DNA from: Tubulanus polymorphus
Lineage: Eukaryota; Animalia; Nemertea
Direction: 5' to 3'
DNA: 64,000 nucleotides
NCBI RefSeq assembly: GCF_964204645.1
Contig: NC_134026.1
Coordinates: 17,580,150 to 17,644,149, forward strand
Below the pieces are notes generated by a model. It was not told where the DNA came from. It searched no databases and saw nothing but the letters and a program-made list of their open reading frames with translations. How positions within the stretch are numbered: position 1 is the first letter of the stretch; each line of letters opens with the position of its first letter. Below are positions 39,001-54,000 of the stretch, in pieces. The position numbers and the translations under genes are program-made.

Positions 39001-42000
39001 GAATATTGAAATTATTAGATTGTTGAGCATTTGAAACAACTTCCCAAGTGGGCATGGTGTCCCTGGACCCCTAGTTTCATTGGTAATCGTTATAATTACT
39101 TTATTTTGTTTGTTTTATCTGTTTTCGCGGTATCAGCGCTCTTCACATGGCACGTGTTTATCCACTGGTATAGACGCACTGCATGCAGTGTGTCAGACTG
39201 TGCGACAGTGTGCTACTCTGTGTATACCTCTTTAAATTTCGTCATACCTCGTCGGTTAATATCTCCCTTACCTGATAAATACTAGGGAGTCAAGGTCATT
39301 TCAGTGGTAAATTGTGGGTTTAAATACTTGACTTCTATGGCTGTTTATTGTCACCGTAATAACCATGAAAATAATTCTTCGGTAAAAATAGTATTAATTT
39401 TTACGATATGATATAATTACGGTACATATACGGTAAATATTATTGTATGTTCATCTAGATACTAGAAAGGTTGTAAACCACTTTGCCTATGGGAAACTAT
39501 TGGTTTATGTATGTTTCTAGCTGCATTTGCAACCCAAAAACTAGCCTGATTGAAATCATTATTAGTGACTGATTGGATCAGTCACTAATAATACACCAGC
39601 AACCATCTCAGTTTCATCAGTTTTCTTTCATATCTGGAAAATGGTCAACATCCTTTAACATCTTGGTATTTGCCAATGTTCACAACGCCGCGTTGAATTT
39701 TAAAACGTCAAGTTGTCGAGCACTTCATACCACTTTCCAAGTTGACATGGTGTTCCTGGACCCCTAGTTTTAAGCCATTCGGGCTTATGTTATACCCATG
39801 GGTCTTAGTAATGGTCTGGTATGCATCTGTGCATCAGTTTTCTTGTGAACACTACAGACCACTATTTTTGACCAATTGTCAGAGATGAGAATTCCCCGCG
39901 GATCCGCGGTTTCCCGCGGATTTCAGTATTGAAAAATATCAATTTTCCAAATAGTCCAAAAATGATGTAAAAATATGGGGGGGGGGGGTGATGATCTCAC
40001 TCAATTGGTCCGGCGCGATCGGTAATCAGGTGAACCTTAAAAGCGTTCAGTGCCTGTTTTACTTATCGTCACGTAAAAGTATCGCATTTCAATGCATATT
40101 CATTGCAACACAGTGATTTTGTATGTACATTTGTACTACGATGAGTTTGTATGTATTTTATCGATCGGTTGCAGACACGCACGCACAGCAACAGTAGTAA
40201 CGTATATAGGTCTACTTACTGTTGTGGCGAACGCTTTCGGATATTATACACTACTTGGTGATGATTTTTAGTGAGCATTCATCGGCGCATTTTTACTGCA
40301 ATAATTCAGGGCTCGACCCGTAATGCATGAGATGCTGAATGTCATCAAATGAGGATGTACCACATTGGAACTAGCCATTACCTTCCAAAATATAATAGTC
40401 GTTCATGGGTTCGAGATCGCTCTAAGTGCTCGGAAAACGTATTTAATTTCTAAAATTTTCTTGGGGGAGGGCCCCCAAACCCCCCCGAAATAGCCTTCGG
40501 CGCTCGCTAGTGCTGACGGCTACGCCGTCAGCTGGTTCGCGTATGTCACTCAAGAAAAATAACCCGCGGATTTTACAGGTCGGCGTTCTCATCCCTGAAT
40601 TGTCATAAGGCAAGCTCATTATACTAAGGTCTATCTAATCTAGGGAAAATGTCTCTAAATTTTCAATATATATTTTACTTAACCCTTTCGGTGCGTCTAC
40701 ACCGCAGTGCGGTGTATGAATCGGTAATGGATTTTGCTAGTACACTGCACTGCGGTGTATTGATGTAATTGGTTTTTAGTTTTTATCTCAATACAAAGAT
40801 GACAGCATCTGTCAGACATAATGAAATATTAGTACCTAAGGATACACTGCGCCGCGGTGTAGACGCACTTTAGTGCACTTTAGTGCTATTCCCGTTATTC
40901 AACATTTTCCCAAATTTTTGCATTTTCTCCAGCACTTAGGGTATTAATAAGTCAGCGCGGAAAGGGTTAATGCGTATGCAGGGAAGTATTGCTCATTGTA
41001 TGAGCAATGTATTAATATTGTATGAGTTTGTACGGTACAGATTAGAATCATCTACGTTTATTTTCCGTTTCGTTTACGTTTGAAATGGAAATTGATTGGG
41101 GTATTGGGAAAGATATTAAAGGCATTATTGGCTTTATAACCCGTTCCAATTGTGTATGCAATGCGCTTCAATTGGAATGATAAACGAGAACACGCAAATG
41201 ATGCGCAATTTTCATTAGGCGTAAGTTAACTGTAAGCAGTACCCTAGTTTATCAAGGGACATTCTTTGAAGACATTTGCTTTATGTGATTTTTAGAAGCA
41301 AGTATTTGTGATTTTTGTTAACCCTTTCAGCGTGTCTACATAACATTGCAGTGTATAAATCACAAATCATAAGACACACTTTAGCAGTCACCATTATACA
41401 ATGAAAATGTACTGTGGTGGAATTTTCCAAAATTGTCAAATCCTGTGCTTTAGAGTATGAATTTGTCAGTACTTAAAGGGGTGAATTTGTGACCAACAGC
41501 ATTAAGCCATATTTGGGGTTCGAGAAATCCAAATAGGCCTATGGGCATTTGGAGTTGGAAACTTTTGGTAGTGGCGCAATCATATGCTTCTAACTAGATT
41601 GACCTTTACTATATAGATGCCATCAATATCAGTGTCTCTCTATCATAGAAATTAAGGGAAGGATTGAGAAGATCAGTTCAGTTAATAAAATCACGTAATG
41701 CATTCTGATTGAGCCATTTTATGAAAAGCAATTGTGTATCTTATAGGTCAGAAAGGCATTGGTTTCAAGTCAGTTTTCAGAATAACAGATAAACCTGAAG
41801 TCCATAGCAATGGATTTCATGTCTGCTTCGATGCGACTAGTGGACCAACTGGTTATATTTTACCTCACTGGATTGAAGATAAAACACCAGAGACAGCTAA
41901 CAAGTAAGCAATTATTTACTTCATATATGTAGTATGTGTACAAAAATGCCAGTTCAACCCCTTCAGATATGGCTATACGTATATAATGATTACTATGGAT

Positions 42001-45000
42001 GTCGGCTGTATATCGAGACAGTACCGAATTAGTACCTAACTTAAAATGTACGTATATTGTGGAAAACTATTGCTTTAGCCTTAAAAGGAAGAAGACAAAG
42101 TGAGATTCTGCAGATTCTAATGGTATAAACTGTTTATTAAACTGGAATAGAAATGGAGTATTTGATGAGATTAATGGTTTTTCATCAAAGCTATGTGAAA
42201 TCAGCTGAATTTTGCAAATAAAATATAATGTCTGTAAACTCATGGAATGAAAAATTATTGTTAAAATCAAAAGTTACCATGGGTGAAGTTTAGCCCAGAA
42301 CTTCAATACACTGGCCCGGAATTTAGTTGGAGCACTCAGAATTTATGAATATTATGAACGTGCTATGTTTACAAGGTAGTTGGTTTCTGTATATGTTCTC
42401 CAGGGGTGTTGAGTATTGAATTGTCAGATTGTTGAGCATTTCAAACCGCTACCGAGTGGACATGGTGTTCCTGGAACCCTAGTTTGAAATATTGAATGTC
42501 TCCCCCCTTTGAAAAATCCTGTAAATCCCTGTTAATTATTTAATCTATGGGTGATGGGTGAGATATTGCATTTGCTACCAATTATTGCTAGCAATTTCTG
42601 CTTACATTTGTCACAAGTCTCCAAATTGGATATTCAACTGATATTTTTCATACTGTTGCCTGCATAATGCAAATCAACATCATATGCTTTTTATTTAAGA
42701 TGGATGACCAAGATACATTTACCAGTCAAGACAGATCCGGAGAATGATGCATACACAGCTTCATTAGCGCATCGTTTCCATGATATTAAACCATCATTAT
42801 TACTGTTCCTTCATCGTCTGCGCAGTCTCAGTATTATCAATAAGGTATGTATAACTCATTACCAACAAGGCTATCCCAAAAATATGTTCGGCTAGAGAAA
42901 TCGAACTGACCCTCAGGAAAGTGTTTCTATTGATATGTTTTTTGAAACCTAAATTTTTATGCCCTTAAGTTGAGAGGGCCATATAGATTTTCCTGCATCT
43001 GAATACGCCGCTGCAAGTGATGTTAACAGCCTAGACACCCAATTGTTGTTTGGGTAGAACCCTATTTAAAATTGGGTCGATTCGTTTTAAATTATGGCCA
43101 CCTAGGGCCTACAAGAACAACGAAGTCAACGGCCTAGAGGCCGCAATTGCTGACCAATTTTTTTTTTCAATCTTGGTAAGTACGGCATCACTTGGGGCAG
43201 AACCCTATTTAATAGTGGGTCAATTCAATTCAAATAATGGCCACCAGGGGCATGACATGAGAAACAACATTAACAGCCTTAGAGGCTGCAATTGTCGACT
43301 GATTTATTTCTTACTTGGTACACAAGTAGGGCATCACTTCAGGCAGAACCCTATTTAATAGTTGGTCAATTTGATTCAAATGATGGCCACCAGGGGCCGA
43401 CAAAAAATGACGTTAACAGCCTAGAAGCCGTACAACTGTTGACAAATTTTTCTTACACTTGGTACACAATTAGGGCATCACTTGGGGCAGAGCCCTATTT
43501 AAAATTAAGTCCATGCAATTTGAATTATGGCCATCAGGGGAAAATAGCCTAGTGACTTCAACTGTTGACCAATTTTTTAAAACTTAGTATACATGTTGTG
43601 TAATATCATTCTTATAGAAATAATTGTGGCCACGATATGGCAAACGCATTTACCACAAACCCTGTAACTTCACATGTGGCGGTGAATTTCAGGCCGGGGG
43701 TATTCAACGCTTTGCCTCATTCTAGTCTATTTTTATGCCCCCGGCTCAACTTTAGTTGAGAGGGGGCATATAGATATACCCCTGTCTGTATGCGCCGCCG
43801 CCGCAAGTGACGTTAACAGTCTAGAGGCCGTAATTGTTGAACGATTGTTTTCAAATTTGGTACATAAGTAGGATATCACTTGGGCCAGAACCCTATTTAA
43901 AATTGGGTCGATTCGTTTTAAATTATGGCCACCAGGGGGCCGACATGAAAAACGACGTTAACAGCCTAGAGGCCGCAATTGTTGACCGATTGTTTTAAAA
44001 CTTAGTACACAACTAGGGTATCACTTGGGGTAGAACCCTATTTCAGGGCTGCCAACCCTCCCGAATTATTCGGAATCCTCCCGATTTGCGTGAAGAAATT
44101 CCGACGATACGATCGGGTATACAAAATTCCGATTTTTATTTTCCTTTTTCGGCGATGTCCGATTTTCCACCCGCCAGCGCGTTGTAACACAATATGATGA
44201 CTTGGTAGAACAGAATTGAATAGGTGGGGAATTTATGTGCACGCGCGCGGTGGATGAGTGCGTCGCTATATATACTGTGTACGTGGGTTAGGCGATAAAC
44301 AGCGCTTACTAGCGCGCGCGTGTGTGTGTGTGTGTATGAGAGTAGCTGTGTTATTGATTTTATCTACGCATGGCGCACGATTATTTCGTAGTAGGAGAGC
44401 AGCTTCTTAATTTGTTACAAGAATCAAAATAAAGTTAAGTCGTTTTAAAATACGTTGTTTTAAATCATTCTTGTGAAAATATCATGACATGTGGCAAAAT
44501 GTGATTGTTATTGTCAAATTCCTCCGCATCGTTTCGGAGAAGAATCGGTTTACTGCGGTAATTAGCTCGTTTTCGCAGCGCGATGAGCATTCGAAGATCC
44601 GGGTTAGATTTCAACGTGTGGACTCGTTATTTGTGGTTGAAATGTTTCGGTAAGCAATTGCTTTGTTAGTTTGAACCTTAATGTTGTCACTCTTGTTTTA
44701 GTTTGATTTAAAAAGATAATTTAAGATGCTTTTGAGCAGTGCATCTCAAAGTAAACTTTTAGTTCGCATATTTGGCAGATGGCAGCACCATCGAGTTGCA
44801 TGTAGATTTAGAGACTTTTTACTGTTTGTATCTTTCAGTTCTGTACATGGAGTCTCTCTAGGACAGTATTGTGGAATTGATGCTGGAAATTGATACATTC
44901 GCATGACAGCTGTATAGTGTTATGTAATTCGTTTGACAATTTATGCCAGTTTTATGTTCTTATTTTTTAGTCTATTGTATATTTTTGATAAACACTGTTG

Positions 45001-48000
45001 ATTTTTATCTTTCATAAAATAATAAAGAAAAAATACATTCTGTAGAATTTGCTGATTTTTTATTTTGCTAATAGATAATTCCATATTTTCATATCCAGCT
45101 TTCATATATTGCATGTGAAAGGTATTCCTAATTGAAAGCAAAATATTCCTACTTGGAAAAAGTCACAATTTCTTCGGTTTCAATATATTCCTATTGAAAC
45201 CTTCAATGTTCCTAATTAATCTGCCATTCATCCCTAAATGAAATTTTGAAAGGTTGGCAGCCCTGCTATTTAGAATTCGGTCGATTTGATTTAAATTTTA
45301 GCCACGAGGGGGCCGACATGAAAAACTACGTTAACAGTCTAGAGGCCGTAGTTGTTGATCGATTGTTTTCAAACTTGGTACAGGCCGGGGGCATTCGAGG
45401 GCATATTACATTTCAATATAATGTTGTTTAGAATAATAAGTTATCACGCCAGACTTCATCAATATCTGTGCTGCCGCATAATGTGAACGCCCTTCTCCTC
45501 CGGCGATCGTGAGGGGTAATCAGGGGTCGAACATGTAATATTAATCATTCGATTCGACAATCCGACGATTCGCTGGTACCTCGTCGCGGCGGCTTTGTTG
45601 GGGGTGTACAGCCTTGGCTCCAACCACCAGTAGAAAAGAAGTTACTCCACGGCCTCTCCAACAACCTGCGACAAACAATATTTCATAATAACCAAATATT
45701 TATTCATCAACAGTTAGGTACGTTACCGCCATTCGCGGAATCAATACGATGAATGACCACACTTATACAACATTCTTTTAACATCAATACACATTTAACA
45801 AGGCATTCATACAAACAAGAAACCGACTCACCTGCGACAAACAATATTTCATAATAACCAAATATTTATTCATCAACAGTTAGGTACGTTACCGCCATTC
45901 GCGGAATCAATACGATGAATGACCACACAAACCCACAACCAGAACATAACCGAGAGGGCGCCACAGGCTGGAGTGTCGTTCAGAAAACAAAAGATTGTTC
46001 AACTAATGTCATTTATGAATGTCTGTCACAATAAACTAAAAGGTAGATTGTTCCATAAAGTTGGAGCAGCTGAGGCAGAAGCTCTTTTACCGTCAAAATT
46101 GTATGGAAAGGTACATGAGACAGGATAACTTGATTTGTAGATCTCAGACATCGGCTAGGTCTATGAAAAGACCGCACTTGTTTAATATAGAGGGAAACCT
46201 CATTTAATGCTCCAAAAACCATTGAAACTATTTTGAACTCGATACGTTTGCGGTATATTTGCATGCATATTGATATTCTTTCTTTTCTGGTAAGAGCGGT
46301 CAATATATTTCTACAATTTAAGAATAACCCTTTGATAAAACCTTTGATAAATCAAATTATAGTGACTCGCAGATAGTTGATACAAAGTTGATAGTTGATA
46401 CATGAGACTGGATCGTCTTTTGAAATGTCTGGTCTCGGGCAGTTACAGGATCCCCCAACACCCAGCATGATATCCACGGTTGCTGGAAAACTGACTTAAA
46501 AATCATATTCGCAAATATCTTTTTGATCTCCTTAGATCCATCTCTAGCGTGTGCGTGTGAGAACTAACATTTCGACACAACTTTGTTTTTTTTCCTAACT
46601 GGGCTAAAAGTTAGGAAATCGAGAAGTTGAGAAAACTCAGTTTCTCTTCAAAAAGTTGTGTGTGTTTGTGAACCTAGGCATTAAGCTCATAATTGCATAT
46701 TTTGTCATGCAACCTAATCATTCCATTTGGTTCTGATCTTGAAAAAATTGGATTATGCTTATAAGCCTGAAGTACCGTTTTTTCTGGCCAAAAAGCCAAG
46801 GGCAGTTTTCAGCCTAAAATACATGCACTTCATAAAGCTTTACCCAAAGCTGAAGCCTTTTATCAGAGAGTTTAGTAAGCAACAATTGAGGGGATGAGCT
46901 TGGGGTTCATTCATTTGAAGGATGGTTGGATTAGAGTACATGTTCCCCAGGGGCTGTTGAATATTGAAATTGTCAAATTGTTGAGCATTTCAAACCATTT
47001 CCCATGGGTACTGTGTCCCTGGACCTGTAGTTTTAAATGTTCATGCGTTTTAGATCGAAAATTCTACTTTGGAAATGACACGACGTGATGTTGGCATGGA
47101 TGTGGTTGAAATCAGACATTCCAATGGAATCGAAAAGTGGTTGGTCGTCAAAAAACAATTGGATGCTTCTCAAATCTCTTTGCAGGTAAATTGTGCATTT
47201 TCTCATACACATCCTTTTCTTGAATTTTCATCAACAATATTATCTACTCTAATCGTAAGTAGAGAATATTATCTTCTATAATTGTAAATAGAGAATGTTA
47301 TAGAGAATCGTATACTGATTTTGAATTTCCTAAATATAGGCCCACTGCATTATTATTGTACTTCCAGTATGTAATTGTTACAGACTAACCTTTTACTGGT
47401 TTTTCTTACTGTTTCAGGCTAAGTCAGGAGTCGATATCGAATCAAGTGAAATAGCCTTAGCTTTCAAACTACACCACAAAGATTTAATTACTAAGGTAAT
47501 GTGCACTTTTAGCTTTCTTGGATTTAATGTTTTCCATGTCACTAATTGAACATTACAAGGTCCTCTCCTTCAGTTCTAATCCAATATTTTGGAAAAACTT
47601 TTGTGTGCAAAAGGCCTCAAGAAGACAGCAACATTTGTGTGAATGTGTGACTGACATCTTGAAATCTAATGAACACATTCAACCAAGTTAAAAAAGCAGT
47701 TTTTAGCCCACTTGGGGCCCAGCGAGCTATCGCATTCACTTAACATACGTCGTCCATCATAGTGTTCGTCTTGAGAGGACAGTGCTTCATCTAGCATTGA
47801 AAAAGGGCAGGGTGCTGATTTCAAATAAGGGCATTTTTGTGCGTGATTCCATCGGAGCAAGGGCACATAATAACGCACTCACTTCCGTTTTAGGGGCAAC
47901 CTGCAATGTTCCTAGTAGGTACCCCTACTACAATTGAGGACTAGAAACTATGTTTAACTCTGATTTTGCCATGAGTGACACACTTGACCACAGTACATCC

Positions 48001-51000
48001 TTACACCTATGCCTGTCAATGAACAAAAGTTAATCTAGATAGGGCTTTCAAAATGATTTGGAAAACCAGTTGCAGACAAAAAAATTGCAGAAAAAAGCAA
48101 TCTCAAGTAGCAAATACAGCGAAAAAGAGCCAGCAATAGTGTATAGGCCTACATGAAATTGCATGTTTTTAATCTTAGAAATATCAAATTAATTGGTTTA
48201 AATTGATAGTGTTAGTGATTGGCAAGTAACTATTGATAATTGGTAAGCAGCCAGCTTAAGAACACATTATTGCTATTAGGCTACTCAAACTAATTGTCTG
48301 TGCGAGTTCACCGAACAAAGTTTTTCACCTTGTATATATAAAATTTGTCTAATAGTCTAGATAAAAAGATCCAGAGCATCACGATGTGTTCAAAACGAAA
48401 CAATCCATCGAATATACACTACCAGCTTTACAACGGCAGTCGCTAGAATGATTGGCAGTAGTTTGGAAGTCAGCCAATTTCCTGGAAACTTTAACTAGGC
48501 CACGCGTGTGAGGCACGTTTTCACACGATGCACACTGGGCCACCTTCGGTTATCTGAGTTAGTCGACTATAGTCGAACTAAACGAAACCAAATGTCCGTT
48601 AGTCGGAACTATATTCCGGAAATAGTTCGAAAATCAAGCGCATTCGGTTATTAGTTCCGACCACTAGTCGACTAGATACGAAAACCGAATTTGGCCCTGA
48701 CTGCAGTACATTTGAATATAACCACTGATCACATGAGCTACTATCGTTGATATCATACGAGATATTTCATAGCCGTCGCAGGAAACTTACTAACAGTCAG
48801 ATGCGTCGGCTTATTTTGAAAGCCCTGACTCATTACTCGTGACTGACAAGGGCAGGATGGCGGACCTACGGCAAGTGATGAGGGCACAAGGGCGAGCATG
48901 GGACACATCTGAAGGGCACAAGGGCGGCTATTTTCGGGGGTGGGGCGGACCGCCCTTCTATTTTTGGCTAGATGAAGCACTGAGAGGAATTCAATTCTTT
49001 GGGAAGTTTTGAAGACGCTTCATTGGATTGTCTTGATGTTTGGTTGATACATGTACAGTGTATCTATCCTAGATTGGATACATCTTCTGCCCTAAAACTG
49101 GCCTGATCCAAATCAAGATGGCTGACTGGCAGCCATTGTTGTTTACCATAATCGGCACTTTTTACACATTTGTGAAGTTTTCAAGGGAAATTTTGAAAAC
49201 GCTTTGATTAGATCTTGATCTTTCACACATGTTTGTATCTCCCCCATGGGGTATCAGAATGAGAAAAATTTCGTCGATCTGAAGCAAGATGGCCGTCGTA
49301 TGACCTTTTTTATGCCTAAAGAGGTCATTTTTTCTCCTGGAATTTCCAGACCTGTATCTTCCGAATGGTTTGCCATTTTTCATTGAAATTTGTGATGCAT
49401 AAACTTTGAGAAAGGCTCTTAAGCATAGCAGGTCCTTTGATCAGTCAAGTGTGACGCAATTGGCAATTTCCCACTTTTCTCTGTTATTTGACATTAGATA
49501 GCTTTGTAACTTGCTCAGTCAGTCTAAAATTTGTTGCGCTTTCCTGAGTTTGTTAAAAGAAAGAATGAATTTATTTCTGAAAGAAGAAATTGAAGGAATT
49601 CTGTAAAATAATGATAATTTTCCCGCCTGATGTAATATCGGGATATCCCTTGTCTTTTGCGCACCGATATGGCTGTGGTGATCGTTCCTTTCTAAAAAAA
49701 AGTAATTCTTACTCATTGAGGTGTGCCGCTACTTGTATTGTATTGTATATCATAGGCCTAGAAAACATTTTTTGATGAAATTTAAGTTAGGCAAAGACAT
49801 AAAACAAGCACTTCTCATGCGCGTAAGCAGCTAAGATTTGTGTTCCGAAAACTGGTTCATCGTGTTTCACATGACTAATACAATCTTCCGATCCTCACTT
49901 AAAAAGTTAATAAGTTAATGAAATTAATTGTTGTCATCCGATTTTTAGGCCAGCCGTAGGCTGAGCCTATTACTATACAAATGGAGCGAATTTAAATGAC
50001 ATGGTTTCCACACAAAAGGCTCTTTTGCTTGCCAAGTGAGGGCATATTCGAACAAATCACGTATTTAAGCGTAATCCATTCTCGGAATCGTAGCGAGCAG
50101 AATTTTGAAATAGGGTCTCATAAAAATGTTTTCTGCATTTTTCACGAAAGTTAAATCGGGAAAATTTCAATTTTTATCAGCCAATCAGGAGGTTGTGTCT
50201 TCCCTGTGATTGGTTTATCTGAAAATATCAGCAGCTGTTCACGTGAATTATCGCGATTTCATTACTGGCGCTTTTGCGCATGACTTCATGTATCAACACG
50301 CGACAATACTTCCGCGTTCGCTACGTGTTCGCTGATTGGCCCATTTACTGGGAAATTCCACAGAAGCCTAATGTGGTTTGTTACAAGCGCGACCCGATTC
50401 TAGCATGGCTTTAGCTTAGTGGGTTCGAATCCCTTGACGGGTGAAGATGATGGATCCTATCAATATCTATTGAAACTAATAAGTTTCCCGGTTGGGCAGC
50501 CGCGGATATCTACCGGAAGTATTCCGGTTCGATATTTCGAGGTTTCTTTGAATTTTGGAGTGATATTGAAATCCGGTAAATACCAGCGGTAGATTGTGAA
50601 AACCCATTGCATGATATTTGTATTACTTAACGAAAAGCGTCGGGGCCGCGCCAGGTGTTTTCGTGATTCAAGTAGCGCAATAGCCTACTTCTTCGTGTTC
50701 GTCCACCTCAATTTTCACTCCGCCGATCTCTGACACGGCTCTGTCCCCGTCGGCGCTGTGATTGCACTTTCGTACCACCAAAATTTTTTATTTCTATATC
50801 AGGGAGGTCTGGAGAATACAAAAGTCAAAATTTGGATATCACATAGGCCTGATTTCATCGAATAAGTCGACCATGGTCGTTATGTTTCCGTACTTATTAC
50901 CACCTAAAACCGTCTGAACAATTTTGTCACAACCAACATTTCGTTTACAGAAATCAGGTGTTCACGTGAACCCGCGGTATCGTCTACTGTTTTACTTCCG

Positions 51001-54000
51001 GGTTTTATTTTAAGATTTAAAATTGTATTTCAAGATCGATTTCTATGAAATCTTTAGTTGATTTGGTGTTTGGGAGGAATTTTTATTTGCTCTACAGAAA
51101 ATTCATCCTTGACAATTGCGCAAGGTTCGCGAAAAAAAGGGTTTTACCAAATCGGGTGTATGACCTTGATATGCTAATTAGCCATGTGCCCGAATTGCAA
51201 ATTCAATCAAATTTTATTCTGCCAAAAAATGTTAAATACAATTCGCTTTCCGAGAGTTAATGGTATGCTGCATGGAACAAAGTTGTTTTGAGATGGGTCT
51301 TGAAGCTACTTAGGTCGAGAGATAACCATCTAGATAGTTCGTGAGAGTTCCAAAGTTTTGAAGACGCTTCAAGGTAATGTCTTGATATTTGCTTTATACG
51401 TGTATCTACCCTAGACACATCTTCAGGCCAAAAACTGGCCCTGTCAGATTCAAGATGGCCGACTGGCAGCCATTGTTGTTCGCCAAAATCAGCACTTTTT
51501 ACACATTTTTGAAGTTTTCGAGGGAAATTTTGAAGACACTTTTATCAATAACCTTGATCATTCGTATATATTTGTATCCCCCGAGGGCCCATCGGCATGA
51601 GAAAAAATTGGGTCGATCGGACTCAAGATGGCCGTACTGTAACCTTTTTTGTTCCCAAAAATGTCAATTTTGGCCTGAATTCTGAGTACCATAGCTTTCT
51701 AATGGTGTGCCATGTTTCATTGCAATTTGTAATGGGTATTCTTTGGAAAGGGATCTTTTATATCCGAGAGGGTATTTTTGACCAGGAATTATGACGCACT
51801 TGGCGGCCATCTTGGGGTCATCGGTACTCATTCGTAGGTGGAAAAAAAGTTTTTCCACATCATAATTGATACTTAAGCATATTTTGCTAATATAATCAAT
51901 TGGTAAGTTGTAGCTCATCACATGTTCTATGATCGAGATGAGTTTCAAGCTCATTGGTTTTTGTTTATGGCCACCAGGGGGCGTTGAACAATACAATAAC
52001 TTAGTATTTCTATATTACATTCGTTCCTGCTGTCTGTGTTAACACACGATTTTACTATGTAAATGATATTGAGCAGGGAGTGTATATTGATAAATATAAC
52101 CCACAGCTTACATCATTTATAAAAAGCAAATCTGACAGGCTGGCCATTGTGCCCCTTGGGGCTCTTGTTTCTAACTAAAATTCAGAGAAAGATGAGAAAG
52201 ATTAATAAGCATCTTGTACTGTGCTAAAAATTCCTTGTTGATGCGCAATATTTACTGCGGAGCTGTGATGATAGCGCCCTCGTTTTAGTAACACGTGTAG
52301 CTTACAAAAATCAACAAAGCCGTTTATCTTTAGATAAAGGATAATCTATTGATAGAAAAAGATTTGTTTGAAAATATTTGAACTAAAATTAATTATGCAT
52401 ACGTCTGGGGTCATCTTGACGAAAAAACATTTGTATCGATATGCAGATGAATTTTAAACAATACTAATTTGCATTAAAAAACACTGTACTGGTGGACTGA
52501 TCGGCGTACAAATTTCGTTCTCACGTGGCAGTGGCCTGGTGTTGAAATGTGTAGTTCATTATAAGGCCATCCCAAAATAATCGTCTGTTTGCCGTAACCC
52601 GACCGACCCGACTTCAAAGGAACTGAGTGGAAACTTTTTTCTGGGATTCATTGAAAGTAAATTTTATTTTTGATAAAAATGACCGACCCACCCACTTCCG
52701 ATGTATGAGCTACTTATGTGGAAGTCAAGTGTGCATCGTCTGAAAACATGCCTTAACGTGTGGCCTAGTTAACGTTTTCCAGGAAACTGGCAGTGTTCCA
52801 ATAAGCTGCTATTCATTCTTAGTGACTGCATTTAAGCTGGTATGTAAAAGCGCGCATGTATTCAATGACCTGTTTCATTTTGAACAGAGAGATGACACTC
52901 TAATTGGCACACATCTGACAGAAATTCATTGCAGATTTCTGTACAGCAAGCACACTGAAACTTTCTTGTAGTGGAGTGGCGTACGAATAGTTGGTATGTC
53001 GGTAAATTTGGGGAGCTGTAGTGGACCCAATTGTGGCAGCATGCACATTCGATCATAAATGAGGTGTCGTGTGCCTTGCAAAAGGGGCAGGACGAGTCAT
53101 CTGGCATTTTTTCCGGTTCGATATCATCATCACTACGACCATCATCAGACGTAGCAGGGAATGCACCAATGTCATCATTCACAGGTTGAAGAATAATTTC
53201 TTTCGGTATATCATATGCCATCGTGTGACAGTATTCTGCAAGCAACATAGTGTTCGGCAATAACTAACTTTTTGAGTAGACAAAGATATCCTTATGTTCG
53301 ACACCCTCAAGATTGAGAAAGATAGTAGCTTTATCAATACTAGCGGAAAGCCTGTGGAAACCACGGGTGATTTTTTTAAACGTGGTACTTCCGACCTATT
53401 AGTTCATTGCACGCGAACTGAGTAGGAGCATTTTTAAGTGGCCTATTATGTGGTGTGATCACCCGTGCTCGGGACCGACTTGACCTGTGCCCGAGGATAC
53501 TGGGGCCCTTAATCACATACTGAAAATTTCTTCTTCCCATGGAGGCCCAAGGTAATAGAACTATAGATAGAAATAAATATGTAAAGTACCAATATGATCA
53601 TCTCATAATGTATATGTATGAATTCTACGCAGTACTGAAGATTTGAACACGCCCGAAACAGAAGTATAGATAGGAAACAAATATGTTAGGTACCGGTATG
53701 TTCATTTCATAATGTATGAGAATTCTACGCAATACTGCAGATTTGAACCCACGGGTGCAGCAGGTAACAGGTAAAAAACAAAAATGTTCAGTCACACACG
53801 CTAACGCCTCAGCCCAATACAATGCTGACTTGAGTAGTGAGTTTGTTGCTTTGAACCGGCAGCAGTGCCTCGTAGGTTACACTAAGTGGGTTAATTGCTT
53901 TTTTATTTACTATCATCTATAACATTTGAAAAACTGTTTCGTGACCCGGCAGCCGGGTCATTAAGGCAGCCGTAACTCGTACTGTATCAACTGACGACTC

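Larger units (their letters stand above)
47700..49470 (+). mobile_element. Older HINE family A copy (5' part), interrupted by a hAT MITE
   Basis: tttttagcccacttgggg 5' end; the family-A body resumes at 48983 (ttgggaagttttgaagacgctt...caagatggctgactggcagcc). Confidence 0.75.

Noticed and set aside
49942-52170. Segmental duplication or assembly error duplicating 12470-14699
   Set aside because: The copies differ by many substitutions and indels and end exactly at an element-type terminus, which is consistent with transposition.
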